Below are positions 9,494-21,963 of a stretch of DNA of 64,000 bases, piece by piece. The stretch spans positions 896,001 through 960,000 of the forward strand of contig CAWJCS010000006.1 in the NCBI GenBank assembly GCA_963841435.1, written 5' to 3'. Every line of letters begins with the position of its first letter. Position 1 is the first letter of the stretch. This DNA is from an uncultured delta proteobacterium (lineage in GTDB: Bacteria; Myxococcota_A; Polyangia; Polyangiales; Polyangiaceae). The position numbers and the translations under genes are program-made. The notes beneath the pieces were generated by a model, which made no database searches, had not been told where the DNA came from, and saw only the letters and a program-made list of their open reading frames with translations.

Positions 9494-9847
9494 ATGAACC
9501 AGACCCAAGAAAGAAAAGCCCGTAGCGAGCTCGAGAAGACTCGCGGCGCCGACGTGCGGACGCCCGCCGTCGACATCCACGAGAACGACAAGGAGCTCGT
9601 GCTCGTCGCCGACCTACCGGGCGTCACGAGCGAGCGTCTCAAGCTCGCCATCGAGCCGCCCGAGCTCAGGCTGGAGGTGCCCGCCGACCCCAAGGGAGGC
9701 CCCGGGTACTTCAGGGCCTTCACCATCGACGAGCGCATCTCCGCCAGTGAGGTGACGGCAGAGCTGAAGAACGGGGTTCTGAGCGTGCACCTGCCCAAGG
9801 CGCAAGCGCTCCGGCCTCGGCAGATCCCGATCCGTACCGGCGGGTAA
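9494..9847 (+). CDS. Hsp20/alpha-crystallin small heat shock protein (second of tandem pair)
   Basis: PAVDIHE, ADLPGV, AELKNGVLSVHLPK; AAGGAG RBS. Confidence 0.92.
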   Translation: MNQTQERKARSELEKTRGADVRTPAVDIHENDKELVLVADLPGVTSERLKLAIEPPELRLEVPADPKGGPGYFRAFTIDERISASEVTAELKNGVLSVHLPKAQALRPRQIPIRTGG

Positions 9848-9908
9848 CCGCGCCGAAACCTGGCGCTTGCGATAGGCTGTGGGGCGTGCCGGTCACGCGG
9901 CACGCCCC

Positions 9909-11555
9909 ATGGTGCATCCCCTCGCCGGCAAACCTGCCCCGCCCGAGATCCTGATCGATCCCGACGCTCTCGTGCGCGCGTACTACGAGCTCGTTCCGAG
10001 CGCGGAGCACGCCGCGGAGCGCGTGGCGTTCGGCACGAGCGGCCATCGCGGCTCGCCGTTCTCGAAGAGCTTCAACGAGGCCCACATCCTCGCTGTGACG
10101 CAGGCGGTCTGCGAGCACCGCGCTGAGCAGGGCTTCACCGGGCCGCTGTTCGTCGGCAAGGACACGCACGCGGCGTCGGCGCCCGCGGAGCGCAGCGCTC
10201 TCGAGGTACTGGCGGCGAACGGCGTCGAGGTGCGCATCCAGGGCGGCGAAGACGCCTTCACGCCGACTCCCGCGGTGTCGCGCGCCATCGTCCGCTACAA
10301 TCGCGGGCGCTCCTCCGGCCTCGCCGACGGAATCGTGGTCACGCCGTCACACAATCCCCCTGCCGACGGCGGCTTCAAGTACAACCCGCCCGAGGGCGGA
10401 CCGGCCGACTCGGCAACGACGCGGGCCATCGAAACGCGCGCCAACGAGCTGCTCGCGGCTGCCGGCAACGGCATTCGTCGGGTGCCGTGGGAGCGCGCCG
10501 TCCGCGCCGACACGACGCGCTCCGTCGATTTCGTCGCCGATTACGTGGCGGAGCTGCCGTTGATTCTCGACCTCGACGCCGTGCGGGCCGCGGGCGTCCG
10601 CATCGGCGTGGACCCGCTCGGGGGCGCGGGCATCGCCTACTACGGCCGCATCGCGGAGGCGTACGGACTCGATCTCGAGGTGACGAACCCCATCGTCGAT
10701 CCCCGCTTCGCATTCATGACGTGCGACCACGACGGCAAGATCCGCATGGACTGCTCGAGCCCGTACGCCATGGCTGGCCTCGTGAAGCTCTCCGATCGGT
10801 TCCAGGTCGCGTTTGGCAACGATGCCGACGCCGATCGCCACGGCATCGTCGTGCCGGGGCGCGGCGTGATGGGCCCGAACGAGTACCTTGCCGTCGCCAT
10901 CGACTACCTGTTCCGCCAGCGCACCCGGTGGCCGGCTGCCGCCGGGATCGGCAAGACCGTCGTGTCGAGCGCGCTCATCGATCGGGTGGCGCGCGACCTC
11001 GGCAAGACCCTCGTGGAGGTGCCGGTCGGCTTCAAGTTCCTGGCGCCGGGGCTCGCGAGCGGGGCGCTCGGCTTCGGCGGCGAGGAAAGCGCGGGCGCGA
11101 GCTTTCTGTGCTTCGACGGGAGCCCCTGGACCACGGACAAGGACGGCATCCTGCTCGGCCTGCTGGCGGCGGAGATCACCGCGAAAAGCGGCATGGATCC
11201 GGGCCGCTACTACCAGGGCCTCTGTGAGCGGCACGGAACGCCGCACGGGCGCCGCATCGACGCCCCCGCGACGCCAGCCGAGAAGGCGGCGCTTGCACGC
11301 CTTTCGCCCGAGGCCGTCAGTGCCACGACGCTCGCCGGCGACCCGATCCGCGAACGGCTCACGAAGGCCCCCGGCAACGGCGCCGCCATCGGCGGGCTCG
11401 TCGTGCGCACCGAGCACGCGTGGTTCGCCGCGCGGCCGAGCGGCACCGAGAGCATCTACAAGGTGTACGCGGAGAGCTTCAAGAGTCCTGAGCATCTCGA
11501 TGCCGTCATCGAGGAGGCCCAGGCTATCGTCGCGGCGTCGCTCGCCGCGGGCTGA
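9909..11555 (+). CDS. pgm: phosphoglucomutase (alpha-D-glucose-1,6-bisphosphate-dependent)
   Basis: [44 protein letters not shown]. Confidence 0.95.
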   Translation: MVHPLAGKPAPPEILIDPDALVRAYYELVPSAEHAAERVAFGTSGHRGSPFSKSFNEAHILAVTQAVCEHRAEQGFTGPLFVGKDTHAASAPAERSALEVLAANGVEVRIQGGEDAFTPTPAVSRAIVRYNRGRSSGLADGIVVTPSHNPPADGGFKYNPPEGGPADSATTRAIETRANELLAAAGNGIRRVPWERAVRADTTRSVDFVADYVAELPLILDLDAVRAAGVRIGVDPLGGAGIAYYGRIAEAYGLDLEVTNPIVDPRFAFMTCDHDGKIRMDCSSPYAMAGLVKLSDRFQVAFGNDADADRHGIVVPGRGVMGPNEYLAVAIDYLFRQRTRWPAAAGIGKTVVSSALIDRVARDLGKTLVEVPVGFKFLAPGLASGALGFGGEESAGASFLCFDGSPWTTDKDGILLGLLAAEITAKSGMDPGRYYQGLCERHGTPHGRRIDAPATPAEKAALARLSPEAVSATTLAGDPIRERLTKAPGNGAAIGGLVVRTEHAWFAARPSGTESIYKVYAESFKSPEHLDAVIEEAQAIVAASLAAG

Positions 11556-11560
11556 CGGCG

Positions 11561-12442
11561 CTACGCCGCAGCGTCGAGGTCCCAGCGCATGAAATCCGGG
11601 CGCGGCGCCCGCGGCCGGTAGCGGCCTTTTTCGTCCTGCTCGACGCCGGAGGCCGCCACGTCGGGATCGTGGGTGTAAACGAGCAGAGTACCGCGCTCCA
11701 CGGCGTCTTTCATGAGCACCTTCTTTTCGTCGACGAGCTTCTCGGCAAAGCGGTCGTAGCCCATCGTGATCGGCAGGTGCACCCACGCGGTTCCGGGCAC
11801 GAGGTCAGCGCAGAACAAGAGGCGCGCCGTCGCGCCTTCCACCACGCCGTGCAGCATGCCGGGCGTGTGACCATGGCTCTCGACCAGCGAGAAGCGCTCG
11901 CCGAGCACGGCGCGCGCCTCATCAGCCCCCGCGAGCACGCGCAGGCGCCCACTCGCCCGCAACAGAGCCGGCAGCTCGGCGATGTAGCTTGCACGGTCTC
12001 GCAGGTGAGGGTGCTCGGCACGTTCGAGCGCCTCGCGCCCCACGACCAGCTCGGCGCGCGGGAACAAGAGCTCCGCGGGCCGCGCCGCGCTGTACGGAGC
12101 GAGCAGCCCCCCCGCGTGGTCGAAATGCAGGTGAGAAAGCACCACCCGATCGATATCGCCGTCGCCGAGCCCGAGAGCGTCGAGCGACCGCAAGAGGACG
12201 TGGTCCTTTTCGACCACGCCGTAGCGCTCCCTTAGCTCGGGCTCGAAGAAACAGCCGATGCCCGTCTCGAACAGTGTCCGGCAGCCCGGCTCCTCCACGA
12301 GCAGGGCGCGGCAGGCAAGCGCAATGCGGCCGAGCTCGTCCGGTGGCAGCCAGCGGCTCCACATGGCGCGTGGCGCGTTGCCGAACATGGCCCCGCCGTC
12401 GAGGCGCTGGGAGTTGCCGAGCAAGCTCGATGCGAGGAGCAC
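11561..12442 (-). CDS. MBL-fold metallo-hydrolase
   Basis: LDGGAMFG..P, SHLHFDHAGG, GHTPG; GTG start inferred. Confidence 0.9.
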   Translation of the reverse strand: MLLASSLLGNSQRLDGGAMFGNAPRAMWSRWLPPDELGRIALACRALLVEEPGCRTLFETGIGCFFEPELRERYGVVEKDHVLLRSLDALGLGDGDIDRVVLSHLHFDHAGGLLAPYSAARPAELLFPRAELVVGREALERAEHPHLRDRASYIAELPALLRASGRLRVLAGADEARAVLGERFSLVESHGHTPGMLHGVVEGATARLLFCADLVPGTAWVHLPITMGYDRFAEKLVDEKKVLMKDAVERGTLLVYTHDPDVAASGVEQDEKGRYRPRAPRPDFMRWDLDAAA

Positions 12443-12488
12443 GGCTTCAGTCTTGGCACGCGCCGCGGCTCTGGTAAACCCATGGCCC

Positions 12489-12920
12489 ATGGCCGAAACG
12501 GTGTTTTCGAGAATCCTACGAGGCGAGATCCCTTGTCACCGCGTCTTCGAAGACGAACACGTGCTCGCCTTCCTCGACGTGTCGCCGCTTTCCCGGGGCC
12601 ATCTCCTGGTGATCCCCAAGGAGCCGGCGCCGACCCTCGACGAGCTCTCGGACGAGTCGGCGGCGGCCATCGGCCGCGTGCTGCCGCGGCTTTGCAGGGC
12701 GCTTCGGCGCGTGACCGGCATCAAGGACTACAACGTGCTGCAAAACAACGGCGCCCCCGCCCACCAGGCCGTGTTTCACGTGCACTTCCACGTCATCCCG
12801 AAGCCGAACGACGAGGAGGGGCTCGGTGTCGGCTGGCCGGCGCAGCGGCTCGACGCCGCCGAGGGTGCGGCGCTCGCCGAGGAGCTCTCCCGGGTCGTCA
12901 GCGCAGCGGCGCAGAGCTAA
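12489..12920 (+). CDS. HIT family protein
   Basis: TVFSRILRGEIP, GHLLVIPK, histidine triad HVHFHVIP. Confidence 0.93.
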   Translation: MAETVFSRILRGEIPCHRVFEDEHVLAFLDVSPLSRGHLLVIPKEPAPTLDELSDESAAAIGRVLPRLCRALRRVTGIKDYNVLQNNGAPAHQAVFHVHFHVIPKPNDEEGLGVGWPAQRLDAAEGAALAEELSRVVSAAAQS

Positions 12921-12962
12921 TCGAGCGCCGGCGAGCCGGCAAAAAGTTCAGCGGCCGCCCCA

Positions 12963-14600
<1,638 letters not shown>

Positions 14601-14671
14601 CGGGCGCTTTTCGACGCGGGGTGCGTCGCTCGTGAGCGACTTTCGGCTCCACCACCGCCGGGCGTCAAGCG

Positions 14672-15406
14672 TCACTCGGAGGCGAGCAGCTCGAGTCGCG
14701 CAACGAGGGGCAGGTGGTCCGAGGCCATGCGCGTGATCGCATCGTAGGGCCGCTCGCAGCTGGCGCTCTTGACACGCCCGCGCACGAAGATGCCGTCGAG
14801 CGGACGCACCGGCAACGCCGCCGGAAACGTGCTCAGCAGCTGCCCGACGCGGGCGAAACCCGCCGGTATCAGAAAGCGCGGACCGAGCGAGCCCCAGAGG
14901 TCGTTGAGGTCCCCTGCCACGATGGCGGGCGTCGTGTGGTGCAGGCGCGACACGAGCTCCGACGCAAGGAATCGCTCGAGCTGCTGTCCGCGCTCGGAGC
15001 CCGCGAGCCCGAGGTGGAGGTTGAAGGCCGCCACGGTCCGCGTGTGCTCGCCGACCTTGACGCGAAAGTGCGCGCTCACCACCCCACGTCGCTTGCGGCG
15101 TCCAATCGTGAGGTCGAGGTGCTGGATGTCGCTGAGCGGGAAGCGGCTGAGGATGGCGTTGCCGTAACCGCCGATGCTGAAGCGGTGCTGCGGTGCGAAC
15201 GCCAGGTGACGCATGCCCAGGGCCTCGGCGATGACCTCGGACTGGTCGTGGAAGCTCGACCGTGGGAGGCCGTCCGACACCTCCTGCAGCAGGGCCACGT
15301 CGGCCTCCATGGCCGCGAGCGCCGTCACGATGCGGTCGATGCGATAGCGCCGGTCTACGCCGCCAATGCCCTTGTGAATGTTCCAGGTGACGACGGAAAA
15401 GTGCAT
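14672..15406 (-). CDS. endonuclease/exonuclease/phosphatase family protein
   Basis: [32 protein letters not shown]. Confidence 0.92.
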   Translation of the reverse strand: MHFSVVTWNIHKGIGGVDRRYRIDRIVTALAAMEADVALLQEVSDGLPRSSFHDQSEVIAEALGMRHLAFAPQHRFSIGGYGNAILSRFPLSDIQHLDLTIGRRKRRGVVSAHFRVKVGEHTRTVAAFNLHLGLAGSERGQQLERFLASELVSRLHHTTPAIVAGDLNDLWGSLGPRFLIPAGFARVGQLLSTFPAALPVRPLDGIFVRGRVKSASCERPYDAITRMASDHLPLVARLELLASE

Positions 15407-15519
15407 CTCGGGGGGCTGGGTCGGTAGGCTCTCGGGTGGCGCTGGCCTCGGCCAAGCTAGTATCCTTCCCCCCGGGCCGGCGAGCGAGCGCTTCACTCGG
15501 CGACGCCCATTTGCTCAGT

Positions 15520-16749
15520 ATGTCCCCAGGCAGCCTCGAGGGCAGCGTTATCGTTGGGCGCTACCGCGTGGGGCCGCTCCTCGGATCGGGCGGCATGGGA
15601 TCGGTGTACCAAGCGCGCCACCTGACGCTGGGGCACGACGTCGCCATCAAGTTCATCCACCCCCAGCTCGCCCAGAGCGACGAGGTGCTGCGCCGCTTCG
15701 ACACGGAGGCCCGGGCCGCGGCGCACATCAAGAGTCGGCATGCCGTTTCCGTCATCGACCACGGCATCACCGAGACCGGCCAGCCGTACCTCGTGATGGA
15801 GTACCTCGAGGGCGAGTCGCTCGACCAGGCCATGCGGCGGCGCGGTCCCTTGCCGTTCCCCGAGGTCGTGCAGATCGTCGTCCAGGTGGCGCGAGCGCTC
15901 GAGCAGGCGCACGAGGCCGGCATCGTCCATCGTGATCTCAAGCCCGACAACATCTTCCTCGCGACGGACCGCGAGGGGACGAAGTTCGGCTGGGTCGTCA
16001 AGGTGCTGGATTTCGGGATTGCCAAGGTCGTCCACGACGAGAACGTCGGTGGCGTCGGCACGACGAAAACGGGCATGGTTCTCGGAACGCCGCTGTTCAT
16101 GAGCCCGGAAGCGCTCACCGCTTCCGCTCCCGTGAGCCCGGCCTCCGACATCTGGTCGCTCGGGGCCTGCGCCTTCGCGGCTGCCTGCGGGCGGGTTCCC
16201 TTTCCGGGCGAGGCCATTGGTGACGTCGTGCTCAAGGTGTGCGCCGCCCCCATGCCGGTACCGAGCCGGCTGGCTCCCAATCTTCCCCGCGCATTCGACG
16301 ACTGGTTCGCTCTGGCTTGCGCACGGGACCTCGGGCAGCGTTTTCGGCGCGTCGGTGAAATGGCAGACGCGCTCAGGCGCCTCGAAGAGTGGTCTCGCGC
16401 TCAACGCGAGCAGGTGGCGTACGAGATCCGCCCGCTGGCAAACTCGATAGTCGACCTCGAGGAGCCCCGCCCGTCGAGCCGGGGCCTCGTGCTCGGTGGC
16501 GTTCTCGCGGGCGTGGCGCTGACGATCGGCGCCCTCGGCTACTACGTGCTCACCCGGACCCGGGCCGCCGACGAGGCGGCGCGCGCAGCAGCCGACCGGG
16601 CGAGCGCGGTGATCGAGGCCGAGAACGAGCGACGCCTCAAGGAGGCCGAAAAGGCCTTCTGGTCGACGCAGCCCGACGCCGGTCCGAGCGCGTCCGTCAA
16701 AGCTCGTGAGGTGCCGAGCGGAAAGCCGGTGCGTCGAAAAAGGCAGTGA
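15520..16749 (+). CDS. Hanks-type Ser/Thr protein kinase with C-terminal TM
   Basis: [54 protein letters not shown]. Confidence 0.94.
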   Translation: MSPGSLEGSVIVGRYRVGPLLGSGGMGSVYQARHLTLGHDVAIKFIHPQLAQSDEVLRRFDTEARAAAHIKSRHAVSVIDHGITETGQPYLVMEYLEGESLDQAMRRRGPLPFPEVVQIVVQVARALEQAHEAGIVHRDLKPDNIFLATDREGTKFGWVVKVLDFGIAKVVHDENVGGVGTTKTGMVLGTPLFMSPEALTASAPVSPASDIWSLGACAFAAACGRVPFPGEAIGDVVLKVCAAPMPVPSRLAPNLPRAFDDWFALACARDLGQRFRRVGEMADALRRLEEWSRAQREQVAYEIRPLANSIVDLEEPRPSSRGLVLGGVLAGVALTIGALGYYVLTRTRAADEAARAAADRASAVIEAENERRLKEAEKAFWSTQPDAGPSASVKAREVPSGKPVRRKRQ

Positions 16750-16810
16750 GGGCGCGTGCGGTCCCCCTGGCCCCCGGCGTGCGTTGCTGTGATATAGGGG
16801 AGGCGAGGCG

Positions 16811-17368
16811 ATGATCGACGAAGTTTTAGAGGAGCTGAAGCAAGGCATCGAGAAGGCGAAGGACGCGCTCAGGCGCGACCTCGGGAAGCTGCGCACCGGG
16901 CGCGCTCACCCCGGCATGCTCGACACGATTCGCGTCGATTACTACGGGCAGAAGTCGCCCATCGCACAGCTGGCGACCGTCAACGTTCCCGAGCCGCGCA
17001 TGCTCACGGTCAAGCCCTGGGACAAGTCGCAGGTCCAGGCCGTCGAGAAAGCCATCCGCGAAAGCGACCTCGGTCTGAATCCGCAGGTCGACGCCGAGCT
17101 GATTCGCATCCCGATCCCCGCGCTCAGCGAGGAGCGCCGCAAGGATCTCGTCAAGGTCGCCAAGAAGAACGGCGAGGAGTGCAAGGTCGCCATTCGCAAA
17201 GTGCGCCACGAGGCGCTGGACATGCTTTCGGAGCTCGAGAAGGACGGCGGGGCCGGCAAGGACGAGGTCGAGCGGGCGAAGAAGAAGGCGGAAGAGCTCG
17301 TTTCCGAGTCGGGCACGGCGGTCGATCAAATTGTGCAGCAGAAGGAAAAGGAGATCCTCGCGATCTGA
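16811..17368 (+). CDS. frr: ribosome recycling factor
   Basis: LRTGRA, VDYYG, SDLGLNP, PALSEERRKDLVK; 185 aa. Confidence 0.97.
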   Translation: MIDEVLEELKQGIEKAKDALRRDLGKLRTGRAHPGMLDTIRVDYYGQKSPIAQLATVNVPEPRMLTVKPWDKSQVQAVEKAIRESDLGLNPQVDAELIRIPIPALSEERRKDLVKVAKKNGEECKVAIRKVRHEALDMLSELEKDGGAGKDEVERAKKKAEELVSESGTAVDQIVQQKEKEILAI

Positions 17369-17554
17369 TGTGCCGGCGGCTGGGACGCTCGAGGCGAGGG
17401 TGGCGCTCGCGTGGCCTTGGCGCGTGCCGCGTGCGGGTAGGCCCGCAGCCCTTTCGGCCTGACGGCTTGACAGGGGAAAGCCCTCGTGAAATCGTGAGAA
17501 GTTGGCGAGCTTGGCCGACGGAAGGGCTCGTTTCCCTTTGCCCGGATTGAAGGA

Positions 17555-18463
17555 ATGCGCGCGATAGCTGCTGGCATCAGCGACGTGGGGCTGCAGCGCG
17601 ACCACAACGAGGACAGCTTCGCGATCCTCAAGGAGCAGACGCTCTTCATCGTGGCCGACGGCATGGGTGGGCACCGCGCGGGCGATGTTGCGAGCCGTCT
17701 TGCGACGGAATCGATCGTCGACTTCTTCCGCGCGTCGATCGCCAAGGACTTCAACTGGCCGTTCCAGATCGATCCGCGCCTCTCCGAGGAAGAGAACCGG
17801 CTGTTGTCGGGCATTCGGCTGGCGAACCGGCAGATCATCGAGCGAAGCACCCGGTCGCGCGAGTGCCAGGGCATGGGCACCACGATCGTCGGCGCGCTCT
17901 TCAGCGCGCAGAAGAACCGCATGTTCATCGGGCACGTCGGCGACAGCCGCGCCTATCGGGTGCGTCGCCAGAAGATCCAGCAGATGACCCGCGACCACTC
18001 GCTGGTGAACGACTACCTGCTCGCCATGCCCGAGCTCACGGAGGAGCAAAAGAGCGAGCTGCCGAAGAACGTCATCACGCGGGCGCTCGGCATGCAGGAC
18101 CAGGTGGCCGTCGACATCCAGAGCGACGAAACCGAGGTCGGCGACATCTACGTCCTTTGCTCGGATGGCCTGAGCGGCATGGTCGAGGACCACGAAATCC
18201 TCGAAACCGTGCTGAATTCCGGCGATACGGAAGCGGCGTGCCGCAAGCTCGTCGCGCTCGCCAACGAGCACGGCGGCGAGGACAACATCACGGCGCTCAT
18301 CGTGCGCATCGACGCGTCCGTCGAAGGCGAGATCAGCCTTTCGGACACACTGCCGACGCCGGTGACGATCCGTCACCGGGAGCAAGACTCGACGCCGGAC
18401 GGCCAGGCCGACACGCCGCCCGCGGCCGCAGTGGTGCCGCCGACGGAAACGAAGGCCGACTGA
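17555..18463 (+). CDS. PP2C-type Ser/Thr phosphatase (Stp1/IreP family)
   Basis: DVGLQRDHNED, VADGMGGH, GMGTT, HVGDSRAY, LCSDGL, GGEDNIT. Confidence 0.95.
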   Translation: MRAIAAGISDVGLQRDHNEDSFAILKEQTLFIVADGMGGHRAGDVASRLATESIVDFFRASIAKDFNWPFQIDPRLSEEENRLLSGIRLANRQIIERSTRSRECQGMGTTIVGALFSAQKNRMFIGHVGDSRAYRVRRQKIQQMTRDHSLVNDYLLAMPELTEEQKSELPKNVITRALGMQDQVAVDIQSDETEVGDIYVLCSDGLSGMVEDHEILETVLNSGDTEAACRKLVALANEHGGEDNITALIVRIDASVEGEISLSDTLPTPVTIRHREQDSTPDGQADTPPAAAVVPPTETKAD

Positions 18464-18500
18464 TCGAAGCGCGGCGCGCCGGGGCGGCCGCGACTTAGGC

Positions 18501-19130
18501 TCAGTCCTCTTCCTCGCCCGTCTTACAGTATTCGACGCCTATCGTGCCGATCGCCTGGCAGCCCACGTTCGACGACTGAGGGTCGCCGATGAGGGGGCAG
18601 TTGAAGTCGGCGAGCATCTTGCCCTTGTCCACGACGTACACCGGTCCGATGGTGCAGCCGGGGAAATCCCCCGACAGCGTTCGCAGGCGGCCCGTGTCCG
18701 GAGAGTAGAAGCTCAGTGTGCCGATATTGGCTGCCACGGGTCCGTCCCTGGTGACGGAGCCGTTGAGCGTCATGCCAACCGATTGATGGCGTGAGTTTGC
18801 ATCCGTGCCGCTGCCGTCCGCCGCGATGGAAAAGGCTCCGCCGCCGACTGACTTGACCGTGCAGCTCACCGCCAATCCCTTCCCGTCCTCGACGGTGCCG
18901 TTTCTCACGCGGTCCTGCGTGTTGGCTGCCGGAGTCACCCTGCCGAGAAAGAAGGTGTAGATGCTGGTCGTGCCGACCGTGCAGTTGGTGTGCGTGGTGA
19001 TATTCGCGGCGCTCGGCGGGCTTAGCGTGATCTCGGCGCCAAGGCGTGCGGGCGCGGGCGGCGGGTCGCTGCAGCCGAGCAGGGTCGCGACGGGTGCGGC
19101 AAAAACCAGCGTGGAGCGTCGAACGATCAT
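18501..19130 (-). CDS. hypothetical Cys-containing lipoprotein
   Basis: Signal peptide and lipobox LLGC (MIVRRSTLVFAAPVATLLGC); beta-rich body with six further Cys. Confidence 0.7.
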   Translation of the reverse strand: MIVRRSTLVFAAPVATLLGCSDPPPAPARLGAEITLSPPSAANITTHTNCTVGTTSIYTFFLGRVTPAANTQDRVRNGTVEDGKGLAVSCTVKSVGGGAFSIAADGSGTDANSRHQSVGMTLNGSVTRDGPVAANIGTLSFYSPDTGRLRTLSGDFPGCTIGPVYVVDKGKMLADFNCPLIGDPQSSNVGCQAIGTIGVEYCKTGEEED

Positions 19131-19219
19131 GCGGGGTCTCCAGATAGCGGAAGGATGCCTCAATGCTAGCTCACGCCTGATCGCCGGACTAGCCCAACAG
19201 GAACTCATCACTTGCTTTG

Positions 19220-19295
19220 TGGGGTGGATGACGGGGTTCGAACCCGCGACCACTGGAGCCACAGTCCAGTGCTCTACCGCTGAGCTACACCCACC
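19220..19295 (-). tRNA. tRNA-His(GTG) with encoded G-1 and CCA
   Basis: GGTGGGTGTAGCTCAGCGGTAGAGCACTGGACTGTGGCTCCAGTGGTCGCGGGTTCGAACCCCGTCATCCACCCCA. Confidence 0.97.
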
Positions 19296-19508
19296 GCGGC
19301 TCGGAGCTCGGCCCGCTCGGGGTCGAAATCCGGGTGCGCCATATCTTTCTCGTTACGCTAGTTCCAGTCCGTCGTGCGTGTCCGGCACCGGGGCCAGACG
19401 AATCGATCTTCCAGTTTGCGGGGCGCACCGGCCCTTGGGGCCCGAGTCTTAGCGCGAGAGCGCTCGGCTCTGCAACCTGGCCAACCCGTGCGCCGCCGGC
19501 ACCGGACC

Positions 19509-20537
19509 TCAGGAAAGCCGCCAAAAGCTGCTTGCGGCGAGGGCCGCCCGCTCGAGCTCGGCCTCGTGAGTCGGGCTCGGCGCGTCGAAGCCGAGCGCCG
19601 CCTCGGACGGCTCGCCGAGCAGGGCGCCCAGGCTGGCGCCGAGCGACGCCTCGAGTGCGGCGAGGTCGTAGCCGCCTTCGAGCACGAGCGCGATGGGAGC
19701 GTGGGGCAACGCGCGCACGAGCTCGCCGACCATGAAGCGGTATCCCGCTTCGGTGACGGCCATGCCGCCGAGAGGATCGCGCGCATGGGCGTCGAAACCC
19801 GCGCTCACGAGCACGAGCTCGGGCGCAAACTCCGTCGCCACCGGGGACACGAGGCGCGTGAACGCGGCCGCGTAGACGCCGTTGCCGGCGCCGTGCGAGA
19901 GAGGCACGTTGAGTGTGCGGCCACGTCCGTCATTCGCCCCGAGCTCCGTCGCGCTGCCCGTACCCGGGTAGAACGGTGCTTGGTGGAGTGACAGGAAGAG
20001 CACCGAAGGATCGTCGTAGAAGATTTCCTGCGTGCCGTTGCCGTGGTGCACGTCGAAGTCGACGATCAACACGCGCTCGAGGCCGCGAGCCCGGGCGTGG
20101 GCGGCCGCGACGGCGACGTTGTTCAGCAGACAAAAGCCCATGGCGCCGTTCGGTCGCGCGTGATGGCCGGGTGGGCGAAGCAGCGCGACGCCGCGGCGCG
20201 CCTCGCCGTCGAGCACGGCATCGACGAGCTCGATGGCGCCGCCTGCCGCGCGCCGAGCGGCGCGCACCGACTGTGGGGCGGCGTAGGTGTCTTCATCCCA
20301 TTGTTCCCAGCGGCCGGCCGTGCGGCCAAGCGCGTCGACGTAGCTCGCGGTGTGTACCCGTGAGAGCTCGTCATCCGTCGCTTCACGCACAACCACCCCA
20401 AAATGCGCGGGTGCGACCGCTGCTACGGCGCGCCGCGCGGCGGTCAGGCGCTCCGGCCGCTCCGGGTGCTCCCTAGCGGGCGGCGCCCGATGCTCATCGA
20501 AGCTCGGATCATCGACGACGGCGAGGCGCGGCGGCAT
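19509..20537 (-). CDS. histone deacetylase family protein
   Basis: HPERPERL, RPPGHHA, GFCLLNN, DFDVHHGNGTQ, SAGFDAH, LEGGY. Confidence 0.95.
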   Translation of the reverse strand: MPPRLAVVDDPSFDEHRAPPAREHPERPERLTAARRAVAAVAPAHFGVVVREATDDELSRVHTASYVDALGRTAGRWEQWDEDTYAAPQSVRAARRAAGGAIELVDAVLDGEARRGVALLRPPGHHARPNGAMGFCLLNNVAVAAAHARARGLERVLIVDFDVHHGNGTQEIFYDDPSVLFLSLHQAPFYPGTGSATELGANDGRGRTLNVPLSHGAGNGVYAAAFTRLVSPVATEFAPELVLVSAGFDAHARDPLGGMAVTEAGYRFMVGELVRALPHAPIALVLEGGYDLAALEASLGASLGALLGEPSEAALGFDAPSPTHEAELERAALAASSFWRLS

Positions 20538-20683
20538 GGCCCGTGGACGCGCAGTATAGCCAAAAGCGCGGTGCAGGGAGGGATCGGGGGCGCTGGAGAT
20601 TCCGGGGACGGGGGTGATAGTCTCCAAGGCCGCGTCGGCCGAGCGATCTCGACCGAGTCCGGCGCCATCGCAAGGGGTACCGC

Positions 20684-21859
20684 ATGCGCTTCAAGATCAT
20701 CGTCGTCAACGCGGGCATCGTCATCGTCGCGACGATCCTCACGTTCGTGCTCCTCATGACCTCGCTCAAGGGCGTGGTGTCGGACCCGTCCGAGCGCAAG
20801 GGCGAGGTCGAACGCTCCCTGAGGGCCGCCGCGTCGCAACTGGCGCTCGACGCTCTGCGGATGGAACGCTGGCTCGAAAAGAACGTCGCGGCCGACGCGG
20901 TGCGGGGGGCTTTCACGATGGCCACGCCCGAGTCGCGGCAGCAGACGGCCCTGAACGAAGCGAATCGCTTGCGAGACGCGGCCAGCGGCGACGACCAGTT
21001 CAACCGCATGACTCCCTCGCTCGTTGCCCTCGTCGATGCCGACGGGGTGGTCGTCAGCCGTGACGGCTCGAACCTCATGCGTGGCGAGAAGCTGTCGGCC
21101 GCGTACCCGGCGCTCGGCGAAGCGCTACGCAGCGGGCGTCCCGGCAGCGCCGTCTGGATCAACCGCCAGCGGCAGGAACAGTTGCTGGTGAGCTACGCCA
21201 TCGTCCGCGGTGACGCAGACGCCGTCGTCGGTGCCGTCGTCGTGGGCACGCCGCTCAACGACGAACGTCTTGGCCGCACGAGCGAGCTCACGAGCGGGAG
21301 TGCGCTCGCCTTCGCCCGCGCGACCGACAAGGGCCTCGAGCTCGTCGCCGACAGCGGCGCGGCCGGGGCCGCTTCCGACTCGGCCGCCACGTCCGCCCCC
21401 GTGGCCGCCGCGGCGAAGGCCGCCGTGGCTTCGAAGGGCGTGGCCATCGCCGAGGGCGTCATCGAAGGCCATTTCATCGGCGCCATGCCCGTCGAAGGCT
21501 ACGGTCCCACCGACAGCGTGCTGATCGCCTCGGTGTCGGCCTCGCGAGTCGACAGCCTGGTGGGCTTGCTCTGGCCGATCCTTGCCGTGGGCGGGCTCTC
21601 GTTGCTCATGGTCGGCTTCGCGGGCGTGATGCTCGGAAACTACATCTCGCAACCCGTTTCGGAGCTCGAGGACGGCCTGCTAGCCATCATCAACGGCAAC
21701 TCGGATCTGAGGTTTCAGATCGAGCACGACGAGCTCGGGGGCCTGGTGTTTCGCATCAACTCGCTGCTGAACGCGATGACCGGCGTCCCCGAGGACACGA
21801 CCGACGACCAGGGGCGCCCCTCGAAGGCCCCGAGCGCCAAGGATTTTCAGGACTCCTGA
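20684..21859 (+). CDS. membrane protein with extracytoplasmic (Cache-like) domain and HAMP domain, no output domain
   Basis: Two TMs; HAMP-like ISQPVSELEDGLLAIINGNSDLRF..DELGGLVFRIN; ends about 25 aa later. Confidence 0.75.
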   Translation: MRFKIIVVNAGIVIVATILTFVLLMTSLKGVVSDPSERKGEVERSLRAAASQLALDALRMERWLEKNVAADAVRGAFTMATPESRQQTALNEANRLRDAASGDDQFNRMTPSLVALVDADGVVVSRDGSNLMRGEKLSAAYPALGEALRSGRPGSAVWINRQRQEQLLVSYAIVRGDADAVVGAVVVGTPLNDERLGRTSELTSGSALAFARATDKGLELVADSGAAGAASDSAATSAPVAAAAKAAVASKGVAIAEGVIEGHFIGAMPVEGYGPTDSVLIASVSASRVDSLVGLLWPILAVGGLSLLMVGFAGVMLGNYISQPVSELEDGLLAIINGNSDLRFQIEHDELGGLVFRINSLLNAMTGVPEDTTDDQGRPSKAPSAKDFQDS

Positions 21860-21963
21860 CGCTCCTGGGCCCCGGCGCCGGGACTGGGGAGTTTGGCGCC
21901 GGCGGTACCGGTCACCTGGCGCTCGTCCAAGGCGCCCGGACGTAGTAGACGTTCGCATTCTCC

